Below the pieces are notes generated by a model, which saw only the letters and a program-made list of their open reading frames with translations, made no database searches and was not told the origin of the DNA. From assembly GCA_964640675.1 (NCBI GenBank), contig CAZXFP010000001.1, forward strand, positions 134,700 to 198,699: a stretch of DNA of 64,000 nt. The letters run 5' to 3'. A program made the translations under genes and the position numbers. Source of the stretch: an uncultured Prevotella sp. Its GTDB lineage: Bacteria; Bacteroidota; Bacteroidia; Bacteroidales; Bacteroidaceae. This document shows, piece after piece, positions 1 to 10,000 of the stretch (the stretch's first letter is position 1; each line of letters starts with the position of its first letter).

Positions 1-1361
1 CGCCTGGTCGCTTCATCTCCCATATGTCGTTGGGCAATGTCGATTTGTCTAAGGTGAGTTTCTTCGTGCTCGATGAGGCCGACCGTATGCTCGACATGGG
101 ATTCTCGGAGGATATCCTCTCCATAGCACGTAAGTTGCCCTCAACAGTGCAGACCATCATGTTCTCCGCAACGATGCCCGACAAGATAGAAGAGCTGGCC
201 AAGACGCTCCTCAAGAACCCCGTGGAGGTGAAACTGGCAGTAAGCAAGCCGGCAGAGAAGATACAGCAGAAGGCGTATGTGTGCTACGAGACACAGAAGA
301 TGGCCATCATGAAGGATATTTTCAAGGCTGGCGACCTCAACCGTGTGATTATATTCTCCGGCTCAAAGCAGAAGGTCAAGCAGATAGCCGCTTCGTTGCA
401 GCGCATACACGTGAATTGTGGGGAAATGCACTCCGACCTTGATCAGGCGGCACGCGATGAGATGATGTTTCAGTTCAAGAGCGGCAAGATAGACGTGATT
501 GTGGCAACGGACATCCTTTCGCGCGGCATCGATATTGATGATATAGCGATGGTTATCAACTTCGATGTGCCCCGTGATGCAGAGGACTATGTTCATCGCA
601 TAGGCCGAACAGCGCGTGCCAACCGCGATGGTGTGGCCATCACCTTGGTGAGCGATCAAGACATATACTATTTCCAGCAGATAGAGAAATTCTTGGAAAA
701 GGCGGTGGAGAAAGTGCCATTGGCAGAAGAGCTTGGCGCAGTTCCCGAATACAAGGCCGTGGCTAAGCCGGGCAAGGGCAAGAGTGCCAAGAGCCGCCGT
801 CGTGACGCGCGCGACCAGCAAAGCCACAAGGACAAGAAGAGCCGCAATCGACAGAACAAGCAAAGGGCGGAAAAGGCAGAGGGACAGTCGCGAAAGTCCG
901 AGCAGAAGCAGGAGAGAGGGCAGGAGCAAGAGAAGCGACAAGGCGGTCAGCAGCGTCAGCCGAAGCCCAGAAAGGAGCAGCAGCCCAAAAAGGAACAACA
1001 GCCCACGCAGCAGCAGGGAGGCGGAAAAGAGAAGCAGGGGCAGGACGCTCAGCCCAGAAACAACAGACGCAGACAGCAGTCGCAGGCCGGCAAGGGTGAC
1101 AAGTCTAAGCAGCAACCCGCTCAGCCCAAGCAGCAGTCTGCCCAGCCCAAGCAGGGGGAAGCCGCTCAGTCTAAGCCCGCAGCTGCCAAAAAGAGCCGCA
1201 AGCGTGGTCGCGGTCGTGGTGGCAAGGCAACGCCTCAGCCGGAAGTGCGCACGACGAAATACGATATTCGCGAAGAGTTCCTCTTGCCTAAGAAAAAGAA
1301 AGACAACAAGATAGCCCGATTGGTGAAGACCCCGCTGAAGTGGCTTCACATTATAAAATAA
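1..1361 (+). CDS. DEAD-box RNA helicase (5'-truncated by the window edge) with long Q/K/R-rich disordered C-terminal tail
   Basis: The frame is open from base 3 (PGR, end of motif Ib). Motifs LDEADRMLDMGF, SAT, ATDILSRGID and YVHRIGRTAR are present. Confidence 0.95.
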   Translation, partial: PGRFISHMSLGNVDLSKVSFFVLDEADRMLDMGFSEDILSIARKLPSTVQTIMFSATMPDKIEELAKTLLKNPVEVKLAVSKPAEKIQQKAYVCYETQKMAIMKDIFKAGDLNRVIIFSGSKQKVKQIAASLQRIHVNCGEMHSDLDQAARDEMMFQFKSGKIDVIVATDILSRGIDIDDIAMVINFDVPRDAEDYVHRIGRTARANRDGVAITLVSDQDIYYFQQIEKFLEKAVEKVPLAEELGAVPEYKAVAKPGKGKSAKSRRRDARDQQSHKDKKSRNRQNKQRAEKAEGQSRKSEQKQERGQEQEKRQGGQQRQPKPRKEQQPKKEQQPTQQQGGGKEKQGQDAQPRNNRRRQQSQAGKGDKSKQQPAQPKQQSAQPKQGEAAQSKPAAAKKSRKRGRGRGGKATPQPEVRTTKYDIREEFLLPKKKKDNKIARLVKTPLKWLHIIK

Positions 1362-1374
1362 GGGAGATACAGAG

Positions 1375-2121
1375 ATGGAATATGTAGCAATCATTCCTGC
1401 GCGATACGCATCATCGCGATTCCCTGGCAAACCGTTGGCCATGCTGGGAGGAAAACCTGTGATAGAGCGTGTTTATGAGCAGGTGAGCAAGGTGTTGCCG
1501 CAGGTCTATGTGGCTACCGATGATGAACGCATCTTCAATGCGGTGAGCCAATTTGGAGGGAAAGTCGTAATGACGCGTGCCGATCACCAAAGTGGCACAG
1601 ACCGTATCTGCGAGGCTTTGGACAAAATAGGTGGCCATTATGATGTGGTGATTAATGTGCAGGGCGATGAGCCTTTCATCCAGGAGTCGCAGATTCGCAC
1701 GGTGATGGACGCATTCCGTCATCCTGCCACGCAGATAGCCACACTGGGAAAGCCTTTTGAGAGTGTTGAGGCCGTAGAGAATCCCAATTCGCCCAAGATT
1801 GTGGTCGATAATGAGGGCTTCGCGCTCTACTTCTCGCGCTCGCCCATTCCCTTTGTTCGTGGCAAGGAGAAGCAGGAGTGGCTTTCGGCCTATCCTTTCT
1901 TGAAGCATATCGGCCTTTACGCCTATCGTACAGACGTGTTGCGCGCCGTGACATCGCTTCCGCAGTCTTCTTTGGAGAAAGCGGAGAGCTTGGAGCAGTT
2001 GCGTTGGCTGCAAAACGGATATAAGATTAAGGTGGGGCTGACCGATGTGGAGACCGTAGGGATAGATACGCCCGCCGATTTGGAGCATGCCGAAGAGTTC
2101 CTCCTTCAGCAGAATTTATAG
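1375..2121 (+). CDS. kdsB: 3-deoxy-manno-octulosonate cytidylyltransferase
   Basis: IIPARYASSRFPGKPLA, NVQGDEP, LYFSRSPIP, HIGLYAY, ESLEQLRWL. Confidence 0.97.
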   Translation: MEYVAIIPARYASSRFPGKPLAMLGGKPVIERVYEQVSKVLPQVYVATDDERIFNAVSQFGGKVVMTRADHQSGTDRICEALDKIGGHYDVVINVQGDEPFIQESQIRTVMDAFRHPATQIATLGKPFESVEAVENPNSPKIVVDNEGFALYFSRSPIPFVRGKEKQEWLSAYPFLKHIGLYAYRTDVLRAVTSLPQSSLEKAESLEQLRWLQNGYKIKVGLTDVETVGIDTPADLEHAEEFLLQQNL

Positions 2122-2209
2122 AGCAAAAACACATTCGCTTGCTTGCTTCAAGTTCCTTTCTTTCAGATAGTTGAGGCTTGATGGTGGTGAGTGGGGGTTA
2201 TATGGTTAT

Positions 2210-2297
2210 AAGGTATGTGCCCTTTCGTGTGACAAAACGTATCGTTTTGCCGCGCGAAAGGGCACGTTTTGTAGTGCAAAACATAACCTTTTGCCGA
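2210..2297. repeat. 4x22-bp quasi-palindromic intergenic element, copy 1
   Basis: Units aaggtatgtgccctttcgtgtg / acaaaacgtatcgttttgccgc / gcgaaagggcacgttttgtagt / gcaaaacataaccttttgccga; lies between convergent genes. Confidence 0.85.
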
Positions 2298-2418
2298 ACA
2301 AGCAAAATAAAGTTTTATGTCCTGCCTTCCTTTTGTACTTTATGGATAAAACTAATTCTTTTCGTCAAGTGCTTCACTCACCGCAAGGCGATGGGTGATA
2401 CGTCTGTACACGCGGGTA

Positions 2419-2940
2419 TTATTTCGCGGCGTGAAGTATCAAAGTAGTAGCTCCCAAGGTAAAAAGCGTTTCGTCTTCGATAACGCGGCGTTCTCTGTCG
2501 CCTAAAATCTCTGTCCCCACAAAGGTGCCCGTGTAGCTTGGGCCATCGCGCAAAACGTATTTCAAACGGCCATTCTTGTCATAACTCACATTGATATAGC
2601 AGTGGGTGAGGTCTACACTGGGGTCAACGGTCTCAATGGGACAGTTGACAGGATTGCCTTTTTGGTATCTGCCAATAGCATTTTCGCCGAGTTGGAGGGG
2701 GATGACTTGCTTGTAATGAAACACGTTCTCTATCACCGTCAGGCTTCCATAAGGGGCTTCTACCTGAGGAGTAGATGAATTTTCCTCTTTCTGCGTATTC
2801 CGCAACTTTGCAACGCCCAGCTTGATGGCAAATTGCTTACTACAGTTTGGACAGACGAAGACCAAACGTTGTCCGGCCTCGTATTGCGTCTCATCAAATG
2901 TGATGAAATTCTCGCACTTAGGGCATCTGACTCGTTTCAT
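2419..2940 (-). CDS. Zinc-ribbon + FHA domain protein
   Basis: N-terminal CPKC...CPNC; FHA-like GENAIGR...HC...LRDGPSYTGTFV...LGATTL. Confidence 0.85.
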   Translation of the reverse strand: MKRVRCPKCENFITFDETQYEAGQRLVFVCPNCSKQFAIKLGVAKLRNTQKEENSSTPQVEAPYGSLTVIENVFHYKQVIPLQLGENAIGRYQKGNPVNCPIETVDPSVDLTHCYINVSYDKNGRLKYVLRDGPSYTGTFVGTEILGDRERRVIEDETLFTLGATTLILHAAK

Positions 2941-2954
2941 TTATCGTAGACTTG

Positions 2955-3920
2955 TTATTCTGCAACGCGAAGCACCCACGCCGTGTTGAAATATTTGTCG
3001 GGCTTCATCTCGCGCAATGCTTGGCGCGCCTGTTCCTCCGTGTTGTATTGGCCATACACCACTTTCACATTGGCATCCTTGTCGAGAATGCGCACTGCAT
3101 CATATCCTTGCTTCTGCAAGGCCGAGCAGAATGCTTGTGCACCGCTCATGGGCACATGAGTGCAAAGCACCACGGTCCAGTAATGCTTGGCAGCTTTCTT
3201 TGGAGCTGCGGACTTAGCCGGAGCGGTGAGCTTTATGGGCTTGGATGGGGTGGCGTTGGAATTGTTGTCGTACAAGTTAGAGAACACACCGCTCTTTACG
3301 GGATAGTCTCCCTGCATCTGCTGCACCTTGACAGGCGAAATTACAAAGACGCAGGCGGCCAGCACGCAAGCGGCAACAGCCGCGTTGCGAATGGCACGCA
3401 GACTGACGCTCACCACTCGTTGCCCGCTTTTCTCGTCATGGCCTATATAGGCAATCCGGGAAGTTGTGTTTTGCTCTGCCAGCGGCAAGTTTTCCTCTTG
3501 GGCAATTTGCTTGATTTCAAAACTGTCAAGCGCATAAAGGGATGGCGTGAGAATCCCCGATTCGCACGGGTCGAAGCTCAGCTTGCCCTCCTCGTTCTTA
3601 TAAAGTGTGCCCAAGTCGTTCAGTTCGCAATGTCCTTCCTCTTCCAGCATCCGCCGCACTTGCTCCACATCCTGCTCCACGCGCCCAAGTGCCTCCGGAT
3701 AGCTCAAATCGTAGGCATCGGCATACGACTGCACAAGAAGCGAGTCGTTCATAGTCAGTTGTGGATTGAAACCAAGCGTGCGCGATGGAGGCAAGAACAG
3801 ATGTTCGCTCTCGCTATAATGCGCATCAACGTGATGAGCTACGAAACCGCCCAAGTCGGGAACGATCACGCAGTCATTACGTAAAAGCAGCACTTCTATA
3901 TGACGTTCTAGTCCATTCAC
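2955..3920 (-). CDS. HU-like (HU-CCDC81 type) N-domain + TM helix + SPOR domain protein
   Basis: LERHIEVLLLRNDCVIVPDLGGF N-terminus, hydrophobic AAVAACVLAACVFVI, C-terminal SPOR-like VKVVYGQYNTEEQARQAL...AWVL. GTG start at 3920 chosen because it follows TAATTTTG; the track start at 4112 overlaps rmlC. Confidence 0.85.
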   Translation of the reverse strand: MNGLERHIEVLLLRNDCVIVPDLGGFVAHHVDAHYSESEHLFLPPSRTLGFNPQLTMNDSLLVQSYADAYDLSYPEALGRVEQDVEQVRRMLEEEGHCELNDLGTLYKNEEGKLSFDPCESGILTPSLYALDSFEIKQIAQEENLPLAEQNTTSRIAYIGHDEKSGQRVVSVSLRAIRNAAVAACVLAACVFVISPVKVQQMQGDYPVKSGVFSNLYDNNSNATPSKPIKLTAPAKSAAPKKAAKHYWTVVLCTHVPMSGAQAFCSALQKQGYDAVRILDKDANVKVVYGQYNTEEQARQALREMKPDKYFNTAWVLRVAE

Positions 3921-4028
3921 GTGTGCAAAATTAATCATTTTAGGGGAAACGAGCAAGTAAAACATTTGGGAAAATCGTTGCGCAACATTTTTCGCCACGC
4001 TTTTATCCGCCATTTGAGGAATAATTGT

Positions 4029-4036
4029 TAACTTTG
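4029..4036 (+). promoter_or_regulatory. Bacteroidota -7 promoter element for rmlC-ugd
   Basis: TAACTTTG matches TAnnTTTG, about 27 nt before the ATG. Confidence 0.65.
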
Positions 4037-4062
4037 CCGCCAAAGAAACAAAAATAACCATC

Positions 4063-4614
4063 ATGGAATATATCAAAACAGCGATAGAGGGCGTGTGGAT
4101 CATAGAACCCAAGGTGTTCGCCGACCCTCGTGGCTATTTCTTTGAGGCGTGGAAGCAGGCGGAGTTTGATGAGCACATTGGCCACCACGTGGAATTCGTG
4201 CAGGACAATGAGTCCCACTCCAGCTATGGTGTGCTGCGTGGGCTTCACTATCAGAAGGGAGAATACAGTCAGGCCAAGCTCGTGCGCGTCATTCAGGGAA
4301 AAGTCGTTGATGTAGCTGTTGACATCCGTCGCAGTTCCCCCACGTTTGGCAAATATGTGGCCGTGGAACTCAGTGGGGAGAATAAAAGGCAGCTTTTCAT
4401 CCCGCGCGGTTTTGCCCATGGCTTTGTGGTGCTGAGCGAAGAGGCCACATTCACTTACAAAGTGGACAACGGCTATGCGCCACAGCACGAGGCCAGCATC
4501 CGGTGGGATGATCCCACAATAGGCATACAGTGGCCTATTGACGCCAAGGACGTGCTTACTTCGGAGAAAGACTTACACGGAAACTTACTGAACGAGGCAG
4601 ACTTGTTTGATTAA
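4063..4614 (+). CDS. rfbC: dTDP-4-dehydrorhamnose 3,5-epimerase
   Basis: DPRGYFFE, FVQDNES, GVLRGLHYQ, DVAVDIRRSSPTFG, IPRGFAHGF. Confidence 0.97.
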   Translation: MEYIKTAIEGVWIIEPKVFADPRGYFFEAWKQAEFDEHIGHHVEFVQDNESHSSYGVLRGLHYQKGEYSQAKLVRVIQGKVVDVAVDIRRSSPTFGKYVAVELSGENKRQLFIPRGFAHGFVVLSEEATFTYKVDNGYAPQHEASIRWDDPTIGIQWPIDAKDVLTSEKDLHGNLLNEADLFD

Positions 4615-4639
4615 GCAAAGACAATTCAAATAATAAACC

Positions 4640-5971
4640 ATGAATATTGCTATTGTAGGAACAGGATACGTGGGGCTTGTGTCCGGCACTTGCTTTGCCG
4701 ATACGGGTGCCAATGTCACTTGTATAGATGTAAATGAAGAGAAAATAGCACGGCTTCAGCGTGGGGAAATCCCCATCTATGAGCCGGGACTCGATGAGAT
4801 GGTGCTGAAAAATGTGCGCGCAGGTCGCCTCAAGTTCAGCACTTGTCTCCCCGAAGTGCTCAATGAGCAAGAGATAGTGTTCTCCGCCGTTGGCACTCCC
4901 CCCGATGAGGATGGCTCGGCTGACTTGCATTATGTGCTGGAAGTGGCCAAAACGATTGGTGAGCATCTCAACAAGTACATGGTTGTGGTGACAAAGAGCA
5001 CTGTGCCTGTGGGCACTGCGGCCAAGGTGCGTGCCACCATTCAGCAGGAACTCGACCGCAGGGGAGTGGACATCAAGTTCGATGTGGCAAGTAATCCCGA
5101 ATTTTTGAAAGAAGGAAATGCCATCAAAGACTTCATGAGTCCGGATCGCGTAGTGGTCGGTGTGGAAAGCGAGGAGGCCAAAAAGCTTCTTACCCGCCTC
5201 TACAAGCCGTTCCTTGTGAACAATTTCCGTGTGATATTCATGGATATTCCCTCTGCGGAAATGACGAAATATGCCGCAAACTCCATGCTTGCCACGCGTA
5301 TTTCGTTCATGAACGACATTGCCAACCTGTGCGAGCGTGTGGGTGCTGATGTCAACATGGTGCGACAAGGCATTGGAAGCGATACGCGAATAGGACGCAA
5401 ATTCCTCTATCCGGGTTGCGGATATGGTGGAAGCTGTTTCCCCAAAGACGTTAAGGCACTCATCAAAACCGCCGACAAGGAGGGATATACCATGCGGGTG
5501 CTGAAAGCCGTGGAGGAGGTGAATGCCCTGCAAAAGAGAGTTCCGTTTGAGAAATTGCAGAAAGCCTACGCGGGGGAAACGCTCAAAGGCAAGACCATAG
5601 CCCTTTGGGGACTGTCTTTCAAGCCCGAAACCGATGATATGCGTGAGTCTACCGCCTTGGTCATTATAGACCTGCTGCAGCAGGCTGGGTGCAAAATTCG
5701 CGCCTACGACCCAGTGGCGATGGATGAATGTCGCCGCAGAATGAGCCAAAAAGCGGAGCAGCCCGACATCACTTACTGTAAGGATATGTACGATGCAGTG
5801 TTTGAGGCCGATGCATTGCTGCTGCTTACGGAGTGGAAAGAGTTCCGTATGCCCAGTTGGGATGTTGTTGGCAAAGCCATGAATCGCAAGTTGGTCATCG
5901 ATGGGCGCAACATCTTTGATGCGGAAGACGTTGTGGAGCACGGCTTCGAATATCATTGCGTAGGCAAATAA
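4640..5971 (+). CDS. ugd: UDP-glucose 6-dehydrogenase
   Basis: GTGYVG, TKSTVPVGT, SNPEFLKEG, GYGGSCFPKD, FKPETDDMRE, DGRN. Confidence 0.95.
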   Translation: MNIAIVGTGYVGLVSGTCFADTGANVTCIDVNEEKIARLQRGEIPIYEPGLDEMVLKNVRAGRLKFSTCLPEVLNEQEIVFSAVGTPPDEDGSADLHYVLEVAKTIGEHLNKYMVVVTKSTVPVGTAAKVRATIQQELDRRGVDIKFDVASNPEFLKEGNAIKDFMSPDRVVVGVESEEAKKLLTRLYKPFLVNNFRVIFMDIPSAEMTKYAANSMLATRISFMNDIANLCERVGADVNMVRQGIGSDTRIGRKFLYPGCGYGGSCFPKDVKALIKTADKEGYTMRVLKAVEEVNALQKRVPFEKLQKAYAGETLKGKTIALWGLSFKPETDDMRESTALVIIDLLQQAGCKIRAYDPVAMDECRRRMSQKAEQPDITYCKDMYDAVFEADALLLLTEWKEFRMPSWDVVGKAMNRKLVIDGRNIFDAEDVVEHGFEYHCVGK

Positions 5972-5978
5972 AGCGTTG

Positions 5979-6770
5979 ATGAGCTACTCTCGATTATTCA
6001 TCCTATCGCTTGGCCTCCTCTCCCTCTTCGCCTGCAAGCGGCAAGAAGGAGAGGAGAGCAAGCATAAGGAAGACCCACAAGCCAAAAAGATGCTGCAAGG
6101 CATTTGGTTGCTTGACGATGGGGAGGCTGCTTTTATGGCCAAAGGTGACAGTATATTCTATCCGGACACCACAAGCCTGCCCGTAAAGTTTTGGGTTGCG
6201 AATGATTCCATTTATTTGCAAGGGAATCATACCAATCATTACAAGATAACATCGCAGTCTGCCCATCAGTTTAAGCTCACAAACCCATCGGGCGATGAGG
6301 TGCGATTTGTGAAAAACACCAACCGCGCATTGGAGGCCGAGTTTGAACGGACACGCCCTTACGCGCTAAACACATTCCGTACGTATGATGCCGACACGGT
6401 TGTAAGTAATGACATGGGTTATTTCGATACCCGCATACACGTGGAAACGACTTCTGATCAGGTTGTCCGCTCCACTTACAACGACCAAGGCATAGAAGTG
6501 GATAATATGTATTTGGACAATGTGGCGCGCATTACAACGCATAACCACGGCAAACTTGTGTATAGCCACGACTTTCGCAAAGCGGAATTTGCTCAGTTTG
6601 TTCCCGCCGACTTTCTTTCTCGGTGCATCTTGCGGGGCATAGCATTCTCTCATGCAGCGGGTGATGCCCTCTATTACGATGTAAGTATCGGCTTGCCCGA
6701 TGCGTTTACGACCTATGTTATAGAGCTGCGCATCAACAGCAAAGGCCAATTAAGCAAGAAACTGAAATAA
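5979..6770 (+). CDS. Lipoprotein, DUF4738-like
   Basis: Lipobox LFAC; AKKMLQGIW...KGDSIFYPD motif typical of this Bacteroidales family (recalled). Confidence 0.7.
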   Translation: MSYSRLFILSLGLLSLFACKRQEGEESKHKEDPQAKKMLQGIWLLDDGEAAFMAKGDSIFYPDTTSLPVKFWVANDSIYLQGNHTNHYKITSQSAHQFKLTNPSGDEVRFVKNTNRALEAEFERTRPYALNTFRTYDADTVVSNDMGYFDTRIHVETTSDQVVRSTYNDQGIEVDNMYLDNVARITTHNHGKLVYSHDFRKAEFAQFVPADFLSRCILRGIAFSHAAGDALYYDVSIGLPDAFTTYVIELRINSKGQLSKKLK

Positions 6771-6773
6771 GCG

Positions 6774-6815
6774 AAAGGGATAAAGTGAAGCCTAAGCCTC
6801 CCACTTTATCCCTTT
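6774..6815 (+). terminator. Intrinsic terminator hairpin
   Basis: aaagggataaagtg...cactttatcccttt, 14-bp inverted repeat immediately after the stop. Confidence 0.75.
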
Positions 6816-6973
6816 GTGCCTATACTTTTGTGTAAAGCGTAAATTCCCGTTTTCCCTGTTGTAGCGTCCCTGTATTATTGCTTTTACGTCTTTGTTCTGA
6901 TAGGAACAATGGGGTATTGGCAAATCTTGCAGCCTGCCAGCAGGAATTTACTATCGGAACTTGTTTAAGAATA

Positions 6974-7020
6974 ATCATCCACCGGCAAGGCAACCATGAG
7001 GAAACTTGCCGGTGGATGAT
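6974..7020 (-). terminator. Hairpin downstream of the T9SS cargo gene
   Basis: atcatccaccggcaag...cttgccggtggatgat, 16-bp perfect inverted repeat. Confidence 0.7.
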
Positions 7021-7026
7021 GAAAGT

Positions 7027-10000
7027 TTATTCTATAATGTATTTCTTGTCGTTGATGACATAAACACCGGGCTTCAATCCCTTGAGGCTCTTGGCATCAA
7101 TCATTATGGCTTTGCCATCGACAGTGTAAACATTATATTTGCCTTTGGCATTAGCTACAACACCTTGGATTCCTGTAACGGTGAGCGAGGCATCGTTGGA
7201 GAAGCCTGACTCGTTGACAGTGCCATCGGCAGCCGTGTACAATACCGTGACATTGTAGGTGTGGTCGCCCTCGGCATTGTCATAGACAAATGAGTGACTG
7301 TTGCCATCAACGCTGCCAACAGCCTTGCCATCGCAGTAGACAATATATTTGGTTATATTGTCGTCCGCACCGGTTGCAAGTTGCTCATAGTTGACATCGT
7401 CAACACCAAAGATATAGGAGTTGCGCCCCAATGTGTTGTGATGGATGGCAAAATAGCGTGCCCCCTCTGGCAATTCCACAGAGATGTGCTTCCAGTTTGC
7501 ACCAGTACTGAAACCAAATGTTCCATCGGCTTTGTTGCTCTCCAGCTTGACGAAGGAAGTGGTGTCGGTATCAGTAGTGGAATAGAGCACATCGAAGTTC
7601 TCTGTATAGCTTGCATCGCCATCCGCAGCGGCAATATTCATGACATAGAACGATACCACCTGTTGTCTGCCCGACAGCTTCGGTGAGATAAGCCAGTTGT
7701 CTTGATTTACTAACTTGTTGTTACCGTCAAGGGCATAGATTGCGGCAGCGTACTGTCCGCCATTGTTAGGAGATAATCCGGGATTTACCCATGTCATGTC
7801 CTCAATCCACCAGTCGGGGTTGAATGCAATGAATGCGGCAGGTTCTCCTTGCCCAGGATAGGTGGAAGACGGCTGCAATGCACCAATATAGCCCTTGTCG
7901 CCATCAACGAGAGTCCACAGTCCCAGTTGCTTTGAGAAAGGTGAATAGCTCTCGAAACCATCGGTAACCGTCTCCGGATTCGGCAGTACAGGATTACCCC
8001 AAGAGAGCGATGCGCGTCCGCCATCGGTGGCTTCTGCGTGCAAGTCGTTTATGCGTCCATAGGGCGACTGCACGACTTTTACTTCTTTAGAAACCGAAAT
8101 GTTGTCTTCGTCAAGTACATCGCTGTCCAGTACAACCTCCGCTTTCACGTTGAGCACTTCGGCAGTCTCGTTTATACGCACAGGCAGGGTAAGCTCTACG
8201 GAGTCAATTTCCATAGATTGTAGCAGCTTCTCCGTCACGATGGTATCACAGGCTTCATTGTTTGCATAGAGTACAACGCTGTATCTGTTTTCCTGCAGTG
8301 CGCCAAGGTTGCGAACCTTTGCCACGACCTTGCCACTCTTGCCAGCAATGACACTTTCGGGAGTGGTGATGTCCTTGACGGTCATATTGTGCTCAACTTG
8401 GTCGAGGATGTCGATATTGTCAATGCCTATGTTGATATTAGAACCGATAGCCACACCGTTGAATTTTACAATTACGTAGCGTTCGTCAGTATATGGAGTT
8501 AGGTCTACTTGGTAGTTCGTCCATCCGTTAGCCGAAGTTTGAGTGAGGTCGTAATCGGCTACCTTATGGTCAATTCCATCGGGAGTTTGCACCAATACTT
8601 GCAGATGTGCCTCATTGTTGTGTACAGAATACAGGTCGAAGCTGAGACGTGGGTTGTCGACACCCCTTAATGCCACCTTCGGCATGTTTACTGAAGTTTC
8701 ATCGCCGGGCTGGATGGTGTATATAACTTCGCTGCCATAATAGTCCTGGCTATAAGCCGACCATCTGAGGCTTCCACCATCGCTATCCGAAGAGGTGTCG
8801 GTAACGACTTGCCAAGCGGCAGCGGTAAAACGGGAGTTATACTGGTCGTTGCCCAGCAATGAGGCGAATCCATTGTCAAGTTTTCCACCGCGGAAACTCT
8901 CGCTGAACGGCAGGGCAATGCTTGGGCCTACGACAACGCCGCGAACAGAAGTGTAGTCGCTGTGTCCAATCCTGTTGTTAGCCCTTACGGTGAAGTATGC
9001 CAATGTCTGCGTCTTTCCATCGGGCATAGTGGTGATGCTTGCGTCAAAAGGTATTGATGCCGTTGTGCCACCTTGTGTGCTTGTTGTGAGCGAGTCGCCA
9101 ACTTCATAGCCGTAATCGCTCTCTTCCAAAGTGTAGAACGAGACACTGATCTCTTCGGGGTCTACATAGCCACCGTGTATTCCTTTTGCCTCAAAGGCAT
9201 TCCAGCTTGCTTTTAGGCTTTTGCCTTCATCGGCAAAGGTAACTCCCTTTGGAATAGTTGGTGAGTCAAATCCTATATAGGCTCGTGCTGAAGACGCACG
9301 GCCGGGATTGCCGGCTAAGTAAGGCACAACCTCATAGGTGTGGTAGCCGTCGGTTGGTACATTATAGTCGGTATATGTTGCCATAGATCCTCCGGCTGTT
9401 TGGGGTATGGTGGCCAAAAGAATTCCGTCACGCAGGATTTCAAACTTCTCAACGGTGGAGATAGCCTTCCCATTTATGGTTCGTGTTGCAGCGGTGAACT
9501 TCAGCGTGGCTTCCAGTTTGCCTTTTTCGGCAGCAGTGATGCTGAAGTTTGTCACCGAGTCAGGGGCACTTGAGAATCCTCCCTTGGTAATGGTGATGCT
9601 ATCCACAGCAAGTTGATACTTGTCTGCTGCTTCTGTGTTGTCGTGGAAACCAAAATAGAAATACCCTTCAGCATCGGGAATGATGTCAGCATGGCACACT
9701 TGCCAGTCTCCATTGGTCTCGGCATAGTCCGGGGTAAATGTTCCCAAGGCGGTTTTCTTCAGTCCATCAGGGGTGGCTTCCGTCCCATACTTCACTTCCA
9801 GCGTATTGCGCGGCGAATCCATCATATTCCTTACTCGGAAGGCAATAGTATAAATGCGGTCGGATGAAAGGTGTACTGGTGGGGTCACAAGCCATTCGTC
9901 ACTTGTCTCCGTTGCACGTCCTTGATTGCTCATTGCGCCGTAGCCAGCAACTCCGTTGCACCACCAAGTGTTGCCATCGCCGTTTCCATCGATAACTTTG

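Noticed and set aside
363-1442. 359-aa minus-strand ORF opposite the helicase
   Set aside because: Antisense shadow of the Q/K-rich tail (gives Leu-rich text); no independent motifs
4556-5956. 466-aa antisense ORF over ugd, and similar shadows over lysC, kdsD and macB
   Set aside because: Mirror-frame ORFs arising from codon bias of well-supported genes
6839-6951. gtaaattcc...ggaatttac 9-bp inverted repeat as a possible MITE
   Set aside because: Too short, single copy, no target-site duplication seen
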